In this document: positions 49,574 to 60,145 of the stretch, piece after piece
Layout: every line of letters starts with the position of its first letter
How positions within the stretch are numbered: the stretch's first letter is position 1
Source: Thermoplasmata archaeon
Lineage (GTDB): Archaea; Thermoplasmatota; Thermoplasmata; Lutacidiplasmatales; UBA184
Assembly: GCA_027314915.1 (NCBI GenBank)
Contig: DAHUZZ010000008.1
Location: forward strand, 19,746-83,745
Direction of reading: 5' to 3'
DNA: 64,000 nucleotides
The notes under the pieces: generated by a model
Databases searched by the model: none
Told to the model about the DNA's origin: nothing
What the model saw: only the letters and a program-made list of their open reading frames with translations
Made by a program: the position numbers and the translations under genes

Positions 49574-51679
49574 CTAGGGCTCCGGGCCCCGGGACGGTGC
49601 GCGGCGCCGGGACAGGACGAGGAGAACGACCGCCAGCGCCGCCGCGATCGCGAGGCCGGCGAGCGCCGCCTCGAACTCCCAGACCGGCACGCCGGCGTTC
49701 GAGGTCGCGGGGTAGATGGTCGACGGACGGCCCTTCGTCACGGTGAAGCTCGCCTGCCCCGTCGCGGTCGCCCCGCGCGCATCGCGGACCGTGACGATCA
49801 CGGTGTAGCTGCCGGGGATCCCCGAGTCGCAGGAGAGGACCGCGGTGTCCTGGGTCCCGCAATCCGCCGGAAGGTTCGCGTACAGGAAGGCGTAGGGGGC
49901 GACCCCGCCGTGGACGGTGGCGACGATCGCGACCGACGTGTTCGCCGCCCCGGAGGAGGGAACGGCCGTCAATCCCACCGAGAGCGGCGCGATCGGCGCG
50001 GCTCCGACCTGGACCGTGGACGTGGCATGGACGGTCGTGCCCGCGGAATCGGTCACATTGACCTCGGGCAAGAAGGTCCCGGTCGCGGTGGGGGCGCAAA
50101 CGAGGAACGAGCTGTTCGACCCGACGCAGCCCGTAGGCAGCCCCGAGTAGGCGAACCGGTAGGGTGCGACGCCGCCTTCCGCCACCGAGATCAGGGTGAG
50201 GGTCTGGTTCACCGAGAGGTTCCCCGGGGCGGCGTAGAGGAGCACCGACAGCTTGGGCGGCGGCGGCGGTGGGGGCGGGGGAGGTGCCGCTTCGACCGTG
50301 AAGTTCACGACCGCGGCAGACGCGCTCCCGGACCCATCCGTCACGACGACCCGGGGCTGGTAGGAGCCGACCCGGTCCGGGGCGCAGGAGAGGACCGCAA
50401 CGTCCCCTCCGAGGCACCCGGCCGGCAACCCGGCGTAGGCGTAGTGGTAGGGGGGGAGGCCACCGCTCGCGGCGGTGACGAAGGTCACGGTGGAGTTGAC
50501 CTGGACCGTCCCCGGATCCGCCGCCAGGGTGGCCGCGAGGGGGAGGATGACCTGGGGGTCCACCAGGACCTCCGTGGAGTCGACGTAGGTCCGCTCGCGG
50601 ATCCAGTAGGTGGTCTCATTGTTGGTCAGCGTGCCGCTGGGGAACCCCGTGTAAACGAGCCCGACCGGCTCCGGCGACGGCGGCATGTAGACCGGGTTGG
50701 GTGCCGCCTCGGGCGAGTAGTTGTAGTCGTAGGCCGCGGAAGTCGTGTTCACCGCGATCGAGCTGAACACGCCGAAGGTCTGCTTCGACGTGACCGAACT
50801 GCCCCACCCATCGTTCATTTGGTACCCGGCCCAGCTCGCGGGTCCCGCATCGGTGCTCGAGCCGCTGTCCCATCCCACGCCCTGGGCGGCGCTGCAGCCG
50901 GTGCAGCCGTCGATCCCGATCCCCTCGTTCACGTAGGTCGAGAGGGAGGTGGTCTGGTAGAGGTCGCCGTAGAAGTCGACCACCGCCGGGAACCTGTAGC
51001 TCGCCCGGCTCGTGATATTGGACCCGCTCCCGGGCGCCGAGTCGTAATGGACGCCATCGTGGACGTCCAGCGCCCAGGCTCCGTTCACCGACCAGAGTTG
51101 GGAGTTGAGCTGGGTGCCGCTGAAGTTGTCGTAGAAGTTGAACACCCTCCAGCCGTTGTCGAACTCCGCGTAGCGCGGGCTCAGGGTGGGGCTTTCGCCC
51201 ATGTAGCCCGACTCCGAGAGCGCGAAGGAGCTCTTCGGCAGGCACCCGAGGACCACCTGGACGCTCGACTCCGCCGGGATCGAGTCCAGCCGGAGCCAGA
51301 GGACGGTGGAGTTGCTGGCGTTCGACGCTCCGGACTCGATCCAGCTGTAGATCGGGGCCCCGCCGTCCGCGTAGAAGGCGAGCACGTTCGAAACGTTCGA
51401 GTTGATGAGGTCCGCAAAGGCCGAGCTGTTGAGCACGACCATCTGTTGGTAGGTTCCGGTCGCCCCGGTCCCGTAGTTCGAGATGTTGAGAAGGATCCCT
51501 CCGGCGAAGCCGGCGGCCGCGAGGGTCCGGGGTCCCGGGGCCGAAGGGCCGGCTCCCGGGAGGCCCGCTCGAGGGGCGGCGGTCGGTGCGTGCCCCGCCA
51601 CGGGACCCGTCCCCCCGAGAAGGAGCAGGGCGATGACCAGAACTCCGAACCCGGCGAGACGGCGGCGGGTGAAGCGCAT
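49574..51679 (-). CDS. Secreted, C-terminally anchored surface protein (DUF2341-like domain plus three Ig/PKD-like repeats)
   Basis: Signal peptide; YSWIE...LWLRL and VFNFYDNFSG; three GG.PY...Y..LP..C repeats; poly-Pro linker; TM followed by RRR. Confidence 0.8.
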   Translation of the reverse strand: MRFTRRRLAGFGVLVIALLLLGGTGPVAGHAPTAAPRAGLPGAGPSAPGPRTLAAAGFAGGILLNISNYGTGATGTYQQMVVLNSSAFADLINSNVSNVLAFYADGGAPIYSWIESGASNASNSTVLWLRLDSIPAESSVQVVLGCLPKSSFALSESGYMGESPTLSPRYAEFDNGWRVFNFYDNFSGTQLNSQLWSVNGAWALDVHDGVHYDSAPGSGSNITSRASYRFPAVVDFYGDLYQTTSLSTYVNEGIGIDGCTGCSAAQGVGWDSGSSTDAGPASWAGYQMNDGWGSSVTSKQTFGVFSSIAVNTTSAAYDYNYSPEAAPNPVYMPPSPEPVGLVYTGFPSGTLTNNETTYWIRERTYVDSTEVLVDPQVILPLAATLAADPGTVQVNSTVTFVTAASGGLPPYHYAYAGLPAGCLGGDVAVLSCAPDRVGSYQPRVVVTDGSGSASAAVVNFTVEAAPPPPPPPPPPKLSVLLYAAPGNLSVNQTLTLISVAEGGVAPYRFAYSGLPTGCVGSNSSFLVCAPTATGTFLPEVNVTDSAGTTVHATSTVQVGAAPIAPLSVGLTAVPSSGAANTSVAIVATVHGGVAPYAFLYANLPADCGTQDTAVLSCDSGIPGSYTVIVTVRDARGATATGQASFTVTKGRPSTIYPATSNAGVPVWEFEAALAGLAIAAALAVVLLVLSRRRAPSRGPEP

Positions 51680-51779
51680 CTACCAGGGCGAACCGCGCGT
51701 CGGCATAAAGCCGCCCGGTCCGGCTCGGCCCGCGCGTCCCTGGCACCGGCGCGCCGGTCCGGAGCGCGGATCCGGTGCG

Positions 51780-52640
51780 GAGCCTCGGGTCCGGGGGGGC
51801 CTCGTCGGCGGAGCCCGACGAGGTCCACGACCGCGGGGGCAACGGCGAGCCCGGCACCGGCCCCCGCGCCCCGAACTCAAGCATCGGGACGCTGTTGGAG
51901 GGCGTGGTCGGGGTGGTGACCGCGACCGGTCCACGGGTCACGATATCGCTGGGCCGGGCGGTGGCGCTCGATGCGTGCCCGTCCCGCGCGGAAACGAGCG
52001 CCGAGTGGGGCCCGGGAGCGCCGAGGCGCAGGAGCGGGCCGGGGTGCTCTCGGTCGCGCGGATGCCCGGAGGTTCGCGGAGACGGAGGCGGTCGTGGAGG
52101 TTGACCACCCTCCAGCCGTTGTCGAACCCCGCGTAGCGCGGGCCCGGGGCGGGGCGTTCGCCCATGTCGCCCGACTCGGACGGCACGAAGGAGTCCCCTT
52201 GGGGAGGCCTCCGAGCAGGATCCGCACCGTGGACTTGGCGGAGAGGGAGGCGAGCCGGAGCCATCGGACGGTCGAGCTGCCGGCGTTCGACACTCCGGGC
52301 TCGATCCAGCGGTAGACGGTGGTCCGGGACCCGGGGTAGTCGGCGAGAACGTTCGTGAAGATCGAAGGGATGAGGTTCGAGGAGGCCGAGGTGTTGAGGG
52401 TCACCAGCTGGTGCGTAGCGGCCGTGGGCCGTGCTCCCCCGTTGGTGGGGTCGATCGGGATCCCGGCGATCGGGCCGACCGGGCGGCGAGGGGCGCGGGT
52501 AATGAACCCCGGGCGAACGGTGCCCCCGTGCCGGGCGGGGCCGGCCGGGCGGCCCCGTTGCGGGCCACCGAAGTGGACACGAGCACGAGGGCGAGGACCA
52601 GCACCCCGAACCCGATGAGATCACGCCGGCCGATGGGCAC
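51780..52640 (-). pseudogene. Frameshifted, internally deleted paralogue of the adjacent surface-protein gene
   Basis: Fragments in different frames match the signal peptide, N-domain and C-terminal anchor; 52106-52143 matches 51143-51180 at 37/38 nt. Confidence 0.8.
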
Positions 52641-52720
52641 GGGGGTCGTACGGGCGGCTCGACCTCAGGTCGATGGACCCGGAGGCCACGGTCCCGGGCG
52701 CCGCCGGCCGCGCGGGTCGC

Positions 52721-53482
52721 TCAGGCTCGCCGGTTACCGGCCCGCTCCGCGGTGCCGATGAAGGGCATGCCCTGGACCCGGCGCGCGACCTCGGCGGTCG
52801 GAAGCCGGCGCAGCTCCTCGCCGCTCTCCAGGATGGCGATGTCGAGCGCCTCCGCCGGGAACGGCGTCGGCGAACCCTCCGCGACCGCCTGGACGGCGAG
52901 CCGGAACGCGGCGTCCTCGTCGCGCTTCTCCGGCAGCTTCTCCTCCATGAAGTCGGCGACCTGCCGGCGGTTGCGCCCGATGGCGTAGGCCTTCCAGCCG
53001 ATGGTGGCCCCGCTGGGGTCGAGCTCGATGAGCTCGGGCTTGGTGCCGGTGAAGCCCCCGAGCAGCAGCGAGACCGCGAACGGCCGGGTGCCGCCGAACT
53101 GGGTGAACTGCTGGAGGTGCGTTCCGAGCGCGCCCGCCAGGAGCGCAAGGGGGATCGTCTCGCCGAAGGTGATGCGGTACCGCTGCGCCTCGAGCCGGAG
53201 GAAGTCCACGAGGACCCGGGAATCCGCGATGAGGCCGGCGGTGACGCACCCGAGGCCGGCGTCGAGGGCGAAGCTCTTCTCGATCGACCCCGATTCGGCG
53301 AGCTGGCTCACGGGCAGGTTGCGGTAGGCGACGAAGACGACCCCGTTCTCGTAGGTGACGGCGACCGCCGTCCCGCCCATCTGGATCGCCTGGAGGGCGT
53401 ACTCCACCTGGAAGAGGCGCCCGTCGGGCGAGAAGACGGTGCTCGCGCGGTCGTACGCCATCTGGCCCGGTTGCATCTCCAT
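52721..53482 (-). CDS. psmA: 20S proteasome alpha subunit
   Basis: MQPGQMAYDRASTVFSPDGRLFQVEYA, GLIAD, TQFGGTRPF, DPSG. Confidence 0.92.
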   Translation of the reverse strand: MEMQPGQMAYDRASTVFSPDGRLFQVEYALQAIQMGGTAVAVTYENGVVFVAYRNLPVSQLAESGSIEKSFALDAGLGCVTAGLIADSRVLVDFLRLEAQRYRITFGETIPLALLAGALGTHLQQFTQFGGTRPFAVSLLLGGFTGTKPELIELDPSGATIGWKAYAIGRNRRQVADFMEEKLPEKRDEDAAFRLAVQAVAEGSPTPFPAEALDIAILESGEELRRLPTAEVARRVQGMPFIGTAERAGNRRA

Positions 53483-53643
53483 CGCGGGGGAACCTTCCGA
53501 CGGTGCCGAACTCGGTCGGGCATTTGAGCCCTCGCCCTCGGCGTGGCGCTCGCGCCACCTCGTTTCCCGGGGCACCCGCCCGGGCGTCCCGCCCGGGAGC
53601 CGGGGAGAACCCTTTTGGAGGGGGCGGACTGCCCACGGGGCCG

Positions 53644-54762
53644 ATGAGCGCGGGCGGGCTGGTCCAGATCCTCCCCTTCGACTCCGCCTCCCGGGGCGAC
53701 CTCTCGCCGGCGTGCGTCCAGTGCGCGGAGGGGCGCAAGATGGTGCTCTTCGTGACGGGCCGGTGCCGCTTCCGCTGCTTCTACTGCCCGGTCTCGGAGC
53801 GACGGAACCAGAAGGACGTGACCTACGCGAACGAGCGGCTCATCCTCGACGATTCCGAGATCCTCGAGGAGGCCCGGGCGATGGATGCGAGCGGCACCGG
53901 GATCACGGGCGGGGATCCCCTCGGCGTGGTCGACCGGGTCGAGCGGTACGTCCGGCTCCTCAAGCGGGAGTTCGGACCGTCCCACCACATCCACCTGTAC
54001 ACCCACGAGCCGCACCCGGAGAAGCTCCGGCGGCTCGCCGCCGCCGGCCTCGATGAGTTCCGGCTCCACATCCCGCACTACCTCTGGGGGTCCCTCGCGG
54101 CGAGCGGCGGTGCCTACCGGAGCGTGCTCGAGGAGGCTCCCGCCTGGGGGCTCCGGCGGGGGGTCGAGATCCCGGTCCTCCCGGAGAAGGAGCGGGAGCT
54201 GCGGGCCCTGCTGCGCGCCCTCGACCGGATCGGGGTCGATTTCGTCAACCTGAACGAGCTCGAATTCTCCGAGACCAACGAGGAGAAGCTCCACGCGCGC
54301 GGCTACGCGGTGGACCCGCGGGCGGGATGGGGGGTGCAGGGCAGCCGGGCGGTGGCCGAGCGGCTCGTCCGGGAGATGCGGCTCACGGTACCCGTCCACT
54401 ACTGCTCGTCGCGCTTCAAGGACGGCGTGCAGCTCAAGCGGCGCCTCCTGCGCCGGGCGGAACGCAGCGCCCCGCGCTTCGCCGACCGCACCCCGGACGG
54501 GACGGTCCTCTTCGGGATCGTGGAGCTTCCCGCGGGCCGGGACCTGGAGGCGCTCGCCCGTCAGGTGGCCCGGCTCGGCCGCCTGCGACCGGGGGAGTTC
54601 CGGGTGGACCGGATCCGGCGCCGGGTCGAGCTCGACGGCGACCGGCTCCGCCGCTTCGCGGGCCGGCTCTCCGCGCCGGCGTTCGCGATCGAGGAGTATC
54701 CGACCGCCGACGCCCTCGAGGTCGAGCGCGAGCCGCTCAACGCCTCGGCGTTCCCGAAGTGA
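53644..54762 (+). CDS. Archaeal radical SAM protein (COG2108-like)
   Basis: CVQCAEGRKMVLFVTGRCRFRCFYCP, ITGGDP, HIHLYT, NLNELEFSETN, HYCSS. Confidence 0.85.
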   Translation: MSAGGLVQILPFDSASRGDLSPACVQCAEGRKMVLFVTGRCRFRCFYCPVSERRNQKDVTYANERLILDDSEILEEARAMDASGTGITGGDPLGVVDRVERYVRLLKREFGPSHHIHLYTHEPHPEKLRRLAAAGLDEFRLHIPHYLWGSLAASGGAYRSVLEEAPAWGLRRGVEIPVLPEKERELRALLRALDRIGVDFVNLNELEFSETNEEKLHARGYAVDPRAGWGVQGSRAVAERLVREMRLTVPVHYCSSRFKDGVQLKRRLLRRAERSAPRFADRTPDGTVLFGIVELPAGRDLEALARQVARLGRLRPGEFRVDRIRRRVELDGDRLRRFAGRLSAPAFAIEEYPTADALEVEREPLNASAFPK

Positions 54763-54959
54763 TTCCGGGGCGGGGGGACGTACCCCTCGTCGCAGAGGTG
54801 GTCGCCGTGGGTCAGGAACCGCTGGTCCCCCCGCTGGTGCTTGATCGAGCAGGGACCCCAGCCGCCGTCCTCGGCGCCGTACCACATCGGGCACTCCCGG
54901 CAGCGGAGGTCGACCGGGGCCGGGCGCCGCGCCCGGGCGGGGGCGGCCGGGGCGCTCAG
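54561..54959 (-). CDS. Putative small Cys/His metal-binding protein (core at ~54770-54915)
   Basis: VDLRCRECPMWYGAEDGGWGPCSIKHQRGDQRFLTHGDHLCDEGY; candidate CTG start overlapping the folD TGA; boundaries uncertain. Confidence 0.5.
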   Translation of the reverse strand: MSAPAAPARARRPAPVDLRCRECPMWYGAEDGGWGPCSIKHQRGDQRFLTHGDHLCDEGYVPPPRNHFGNAEALSGSRSTSRASAVGYSSIANAGAESRPAKRRSRSPSSSTRRRIRSTRNSPGRRRPSRAT

Positions 54960-55849
54960 CCGCTTCCCCTCCCGAGCTGACGGACCCATCCGTCGATCGT
55001 GTTCGCCATGAGCTGGGCGACCGTCACCGGTCCCACCCCCCCGGGAACGGGGGTGAGGGCCCCGGCCCACCCTTCGAGCGCCGCCGGGTCGGCGTCCCCC
55101 GCGATCCGGCTCCCCCCCGGCCGCTGGGGGTCCGGGACCGAGCTGACCCCCACATCGATGACCGCCGCTCCCTTCGGGACGTTCTCGCGCCCCAACAGCC
55201 CCGGCCGACCGACACAGCTGAAGATGACCTCGCTGCCCGCGAGCGCCGCCCGGAGGTCGGCGGTGCGGGAGTGGGCCACCGTCACGGTGGCATCCCCCCC
55301 GGCGCCCCGGGCGAGCAGGAGGAGCGCGAGCGGCAGTCCCACGGTCGCCGACCGGCCCAGCACGGCCACCGGCCGTCCCTCGAGGCGGAGGCCGTAGTGC
55401 CGGGCGAGGGCGATCGCGGCGCGGGCGACCGCCGGAGCGTGCCCCGGGCGGCCGCTCAGGAGCGCCCCCAGGTTCCGGACCCCCACGCCGTCGACGTCCT
55501 TCTCGGGCGACAGCCGATCGAGGGCCCCGTGGAAGTCGAGGCCCGCCGGCAGCGGGTGCTCGACGATGATGCCGTGGACCGAGGGGTCGGACTCCAGCCC
55601 CTCGAGGATCCTCGCGAGCACGGCCGCGTCGGCGGGCGGGCGAAGGGGAACGGCCCGGAAGGCGATGCCGAGCTCCTCGGCGGCGCGACGCTGGCGGTCG
55701 AGGTAGAACGCGTAGGGGGTCCCGGCGTCCAGGTGGACGCTCGCGAGCGTCGGAGCGGGCCATCCGCGGCGTCGGCCCGCCTCGAGCGACCGCACCACTT
55801 CGGCACGGAGCGCCTCGGCCACCGGGCGTCCCCGAAGTGGTTCGGTCAT
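54956..55849 (-). CDS. folD: Methylenetetrahydrofolate dehydrogenase/cyclohydrolase
   Basis: KDVDG, GRSATVGLP, TVAHSRT, IDVG, TPVPGGVGPVT. Confidence 0.93.
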   Translation of the reverse strand: MTEPLRGRPVAEALRAEVVRSLEAGRRRGWPAPTLASVHLDAGTPYAFYLDRQRRAAEELGIAFRAVPLRPPADAAVLARILEGLESDPSVHGIIVEHPLPAGLDFHGALDRLSPEKDVDGVGVRNLGALLSGRPGHAPAVARAAIALARHYGLRLEGRPVAVLGRSATVGLPLALLLLARGAGGDATVTVAHSRTADLRAALAGSEVIFSCVGRPGLLGRENVPKGAAVIDVGVSSVPDPQRPGGSRIAGDADPAALEGWAGALTPVPGGVGPVTVAQLMANTIDGWVRQLGRGSG

Positions 55850-56039
55850 GTCCGCTTGGGTGGGGAGCCGGCGAGGAGCATAAAAGCGGGGAGGCGCTGC
55901 CCACTCCCCGTAGGACCGTACGATGCAGGAGGTTTCCGCCCCGGGGGCACGCCCGGGCGGCGAAACGTCGGAGGGGCGTCAACTCCGTCGGATAAAGGAT
56001 TTAAGGCGAGGTCCCCTGCTTTGAGCGTACGAGTGCGTC

Positions 56040-58082
56040 GTGTCGTCGAGCGGGGGTCCGTCCGTGGAAGGCGGTAGCGTAGCCAGCGACGCCGTGGAGG
56101 CGGTGGAGCCTCCGGCGGCGCAGGAACTCGACGAGTGGGGCCGCCAGCTCCCCTTCGCCACCACGGCGAACGTCGAGGTGCCCCCGCGGCTGCTCGACCA
56201 GGTGATCGGGCAGGACGAGGCCGTCGAGGTCGCGAAGAAGGCCGCCACCCAGAAGCGGCACATGATGCTCATCGGGGAGCCCGGCACCGGGAAGAGCATG
56301 CTCGCCCGGGCGATGGTCGACTTCCTGCCGCACGAGCAGCTCCAGGATATCCTGGCCTACTCGAACTCGGAGGACCCGAACGAGCCCAAGATCCGGGTCG
56401 TGCCCGCGGGGAAGGGCAAGGAGATCGTGGCCGCCCAGAAGCTCGAGGCGGCGCAGCGGAAGGAGCAGCGGACGATCCTCCTCGTGATCGTCGGCATCCT
56501 CCTCGCCATCCTGGTCGGCTACATCGTCATCGTCGAGCGGGACCTCCTCGCGCTCCTGATCGGCGGCCTCTTCTTCATCATCCTCTACGCCGTGGTCCGC
56601 TTCGGCTCGGGCCGCAGCGAGAACGGCCCCAACGTCGCGAAGCTCCTGGTCTCGCATACCAACGAGGAGAAGCCGCCGTTCATCGATGCGACGGGCGCCC
56701 ACGCGGGCGCGCTCCTCGGGGATGTGAAGCACGACCCGTTCCAGTCCGGGGGGCTCGAGACGCCGCCCCACGAGCGCGTCGAGGTGGGCTCGATCCACAA
56801 GGCGAACGGCGGGGTGCTCTTCATCGACGAGATCAACCTGCTCAAGATCGAGAGCCAGCACTCGCTGCTCACCGCGCTCCAGGAGCGGAAGTACTCCATC
56901 GTCGGGCAGTCCGAGCGCTCGGCCGGCGCCATGGTGAAGACCGAGCCGGTGCCGTGCGACTTCGTCCTCGTGGCGGCGGGGAACATCGACAGCGTCCAGT
57001 CGATGCACCCGGCGCTCCGCTCCCGGATCCGGGGCTACGGATACGAGCTCTACGTGAAGTCGACGATGCCCGACACGCCGGAGAACCGGATGAAGCTCGT
57101 CCGGTTCGTGGCCCAGGAGGTCCAGAAGGACAAGAAGATCGGCCACTTCGACATGGGCGCGGTCGTCGAGATCGTCCGCGAGGCGCAACGCCGCGCGGGA
57201 CGCTCCGGCCAGCTCACGCTCCGGCTCCGGGAGCTCGGGGGGCTCGTGCGGGTCGCGGGCGACATCGCGAACTCGGAGAAGATCTCCGTCGTCTCCGCCG
57301 CCCACGTCGTCCGGGCGAAGAGGGCGAGCCGCTCCCTGGAGCAGCAGATCGCCGACCGGTACATCGAGCGGCGCAAGGAGTACCGGATGTTCTCGACCGA
57401 GGGGGCCGCCATCGGGATGGTGAACGGGCTCGCCGCCATCAACGCCCAGAGCGGCATGTCGGAGTTCTCCGGCATCGTGCTCCCCATCGTGGCCGAGGTG
57501 ACCCCCGCCCAGACCAAGAACGGCGGGGTCGTCGTGGCGACGGGCAAGCTCGGGGAGATCGCCCGCGAGGCGGTCCAGAACGTGAGCGCCCTCGTCAAGA
57601 AGTACACCGGGGAGGACATCTCGCGGTACGACATCCACATCCAGTTCGTCGGGACCTCCGACGGGGTCGAGGGCGACTCCGCCTCCGTCTCGATCGCCAC
57701 CGCCGTCATCAGCGCCCTCGAGGGCGTGCCGGTCGACCAATCGCTCGCCATGACGGGCAGCCTCTCGGTCCGGGGCCAGGTGCTGCCGGTGGGCGGCGTG
57801 ACCGCGAAGGTCGAGGCGGCCTCCGACTCGGGGCTCAAGCGCGTGCTCATCCCCGAGGACAACATCGAGGACCTGGTCCTCGAGTCCCGCTATCTCGGCA
57901 AGATCGATGTGATCCCCGTCCGGACCCTCCGCGACGTGCTCAAGTACGCGCTCGTCGAGCAGGGCCCGCAGAAGGAGTCGCTGCTCGAGCGCCTCGCCGC
58001 CATGGTGTACGCGACGAACCGGACGGAGGTCGCGGGGTTGCCCGCGAAGCCGCGGCCGCCCGCGCGCCCAGCAGGCTCGTGA
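56040..58082 (+). CDS. lonB: Membrane-bound ATP-dependent protease LonB
   Basis: [10 protein letters not shown] insertion, [15 protein letters not shown] catalytic Ser, GGVTAK. Confidence 0.96.
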   Translation: MSSSGGPSVEGGSVASDAVEAVEPPAAQELDEWGRQLPFATTANVEVPPRLLDQVIGQDEAVEVAKKAATQKRHMMLIGEPGTGKSMLARAMVDFLPHEQLQDILAYSNSEDPNEPKIRVVPAGKGKEIVAAQKLEAAQRKEQRTILLVIVGILLAILVGYIVIVERDLLALLIGGLFFIILYAVVRFGSGRSENGPNVAKLLVSHTNEEKPPFIDATGAHAGALLGDVKHDPFQSGGLETPPHERVEVGSIHKANGGVLFIDEINLLKIESQHSLLTALQERKYSIVGQSERSAGAMVKTEPVPCDFVLVAAGNIDSVQSMHPALRSRIRGYGYELYVKSTMPDTPENRMKLVRFVAQEVQKDKKIGHFDMGAVVEIVREAQRRAGRSGQLTLRLRELGGLVRVAGDIANSEKISVVSAAHVVRAKRASRSLEQQIADRYIERRKEYRMFSTEGAAIGMVNGLAAINAQSGMSEFSGIVLPIVAEVTPAQTKNGGVVVATGKLGEIAREAVQNVSALVKKYTGEDISRYDIHIQFVGTSDGVEGDSASVSIATAVISALEGVPVDQSLAMTGSLSVRGQVLPVGGVTAKVEAASDSGLKRVLIPEDNIEDLVLESRYLGKIDVIPVRTLRDVLKYALVEQGPQKESLLERLAAMVYATNRTEVAGLPAKPRPPARPAGS

Positions 58083-58327
58083 GGCCCTCGACCCGGATCT
58101 CGGTCCACCGCCCCTTCCCGGGGGCGCTCTCGGGCCCTGCCGGTTACGGTCCCGAGGCCGAGGACGAGGAGGCGCGCTTCAAGGACCGCCCGTGCTATGT
58201 CTTCAACCGCGCCCTTCCCGGGCCCTACGACGACAAGCACTGCAGCCACTGCCGGCACTACCTCACCCCGCGCTGCCCGCACATCGACGAGTTCCTGGAC
58301 GACGTGGACGACCTCGGGAGCGAGTAG
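58079..58327 (+). CDS. Small four-Cys protein with acidic tail
   Basis: GTGA overlap with lonB; RPCYVFNR...[26 protein letters not shown]. Confidence 0.65.
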   Translation: MRPSTRISVHRPFPGALSGPAGYGPEAEDEEARFKDRPCYVFNRALPGPYDDKHCSHCRHYLTPRCPHIDEFLDDVDDLGSE

Positions 58328-58345
58328 GGCACCGGGGATCGGGAC

Positions 58346-58891
58346 GTGCGGGGACTCCTGGTCGGGCGGTTCCAGCCGTTCCACCTCGGCCATCTCGCGA
58401 TCGTTTCCGAGATCCGGGCGGCCCATCCGACGGAGCCGCTCCTCCTGGGGATCGGCAGTGCGCAGATCTCCTACACGCCGGAGAACCCGTTCACGGCCTC
58501 CGAGCGGATGGAGATGATCCTCCTCGCCCTCGAGGAGGCCGGCCTCGGTGGGACGATCCCCGTGCCGCTCCTGGACATCGATCGCCACGCGCTCTGGGTT
58601 CCCTACGTCGCCTCCCTGCTGCCCCGGTTCGAGCGCGTGTACACGTCGAACCCGCTCACGCGCACGCTCTTCGAAGCCTCGGGCTACGAGGTGGTCGACG
58701 TGCCCTGGACGAACCGGGCGGAGTGGGAGGGGACCCGGATCCGGAGGTCGCTTGCGACGGGTACGGATTGGAGGGGCGCGGTCCCCCCCGCGGTCGGGCG
58801 CTACCTCGAGTCCCTCGGGGCCCCGGCCCGACTCCGTCTCCTCGGGGAGGCTCCCCGACCTCCGGGGGGCGGCTCCGGTCCGCTGCCATGA
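58346..58891 (+). CDS. nadM: Nicotinamide-nucleotide adenylyltransferase
   Basis: GRFQPFHLGH, GIGSAQ, NPFTASER, GTRIR. Confidence 0.93.
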   Translation: MRGLLVGRFQPFHLGHLAIVSEIRAAHPTEPLLLGIGSAQISYTPENPFTASERMEMILLALEEAGLGGTIPVPLLDIDRHALWVPYVASLLPRFERVYTSNPLTRTLFEASGYEVVDVPWTNRAEWEGTRIRRSLATGTDWRGAVPPAVGRYLESLGAPARLRLLGEAPRPPGGGSGPLP

Positions 58892-60102
58892 GCGGCCCCG
58901 ACGAAAGGATCGCACCTGGGCGCCGGAAGCTCCCCGAGCTGCCCGAGTGGGCCGGACCGGCCACCCGGCTCGTGCACGCCGGTCGCCGACCGGACTTCAA
59001 CGCCGGGTCCGTCGTGCCCCCCATCTACGCGACGAGCACCTTCCGCTACCCCGCCGAGAACTCGGAGTCCGCCTCCGGGGGGAATCTCTACGAGTACACG
59101 CGGTACGAGAACCCGACGCAGGAGGTGGCCGCGGAGACGATCCGCGAGCTCGAGGGCGGCGAGGCGGCCCGGGTCTTCGGGAGCGGCATGGGGGCCATCT
59201 CCACGACGCTCCTCAGCCTGCTGCGGCCCGGCGACGAGATCGTGGCGCTCGAGTCGCTCTACGGCGGGACCGTGAACCTCCTCACGCATCTCCTGCCCGA
59301 GCTCGGGGTGAAGGTCCGCTGGGTCCCCACCGACGGCTCGCCCGAGGCGGCCATGACCCCGGGCACGAAGGTGGTCTACCTCGAGAGCCCCACCAACCCG
59401 ACGCTCCGGGTCTCCGATCTCACCCGATGGTCCCGCGCCGCCCGGGCGCACGGGGCCGTCTCGGTCGTCGACAACACCTTCGCCACCCCGGTCAACCAGC
59501 GCCCGATCGCCCACGGGATCGACGTGGTGGTCCACAGTGCGAGCAAGTACTTCGGGGGCCACTCGGACCTGATCGCGGGCGCGGTCGTGGGCCCGAAGGA
59601 GATCGTGGAGCGCATCCGGGCGACCCACGTGGTGCTCGGGAGCTCCCTCGATCCCATCGCCTCGTTCCTCCTCGCCCGGGGGCTCCGGACGCTCGGGGTC
59701 CGCGTGGCGCGCCAGAGCGCGAGCGCGGCGGCCATCGCCCGGAAGCTCCCGGGGGTCCCGGGCATCGCCTCGGCGCACTATCCGGGCAGCGCGTCGGAGG
59801 ACGAGGAGCAGATCGCGCGGCGCCAGATGTCCGGCCGGGGCGGGGTCGTCGCCTTCGTCGTGGCCGCCGGGGACGACGCGGCCCGCGCGTTCCTCGGACG
59901 GCTCCGGGTGATCCAGCCGGCGGCGAGCCTGGGGGGCGTCGAGAGCCTCGCGAGCCTGCCGGTCGACACCTCCCACGCGCACCTCACGCCGTCCGCGCGA
60001 GCGCAGCGCGGCATCGGGCCGGGCATGGTGCGGCTCTCGGTGGGGCTCGAAGACCCCGAGGACCTGCTGCGGGACATCTCCGAGGCCCTGGGAACCCCCT
60101 GA
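58888..60102 (+). CDS. PLP-dependent trans-sulfuration enzyme (cystathionine gamma-synthase/lyase family)
   Basis: YTRYENPT, ESPTNP, DNTFATP, HSASKYFGGH, SLGGVESL, RLSVGLE. Confidence 0.92.
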   Translation: MSGPDERIAPGRRKLPELPEWAGPATRLVHAGRRPDFNAGSVVPPIYATSTFRYPAENSESASGGNLYEYTRYENPTQEVAAETIRELEGGEAARVFGSGMGAISTTLLSLLRPGDEIVALESLYGGTVNLLTHLLPELGVKVRWVPTDGSPEAAMTPGTKVVYLESPTNPTLRVSDLTRWSRAARAHGAVSVVDNTFATPVNQRPIAHGIDVVVHSASKYFGGHSDLIAGAVVGPKEIVERIRATHVVLGSSLDPIASFLLARGLRTLGVRVARQSASAAAIARKLPGVPGIASAHYPGSASEDEEQIARRQMSGRGGVVAFVVAAGDDAARAFLGRLRVIQPAASLGGVESLASLPVDTSHAHLTPSARAQRGIGPGMVRLSVGLEDPEDLLRDISEALGTP

Positions 60103-60145
60103 CCTGACGCCACCATTATAGGCCGAAGCTCGTCCCCCGGCACGC

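Noticed and set aside
50255-50283. GGC-rich simple repeat
   Set aside because: Encodes the poly-Pro linker of the surface protein.
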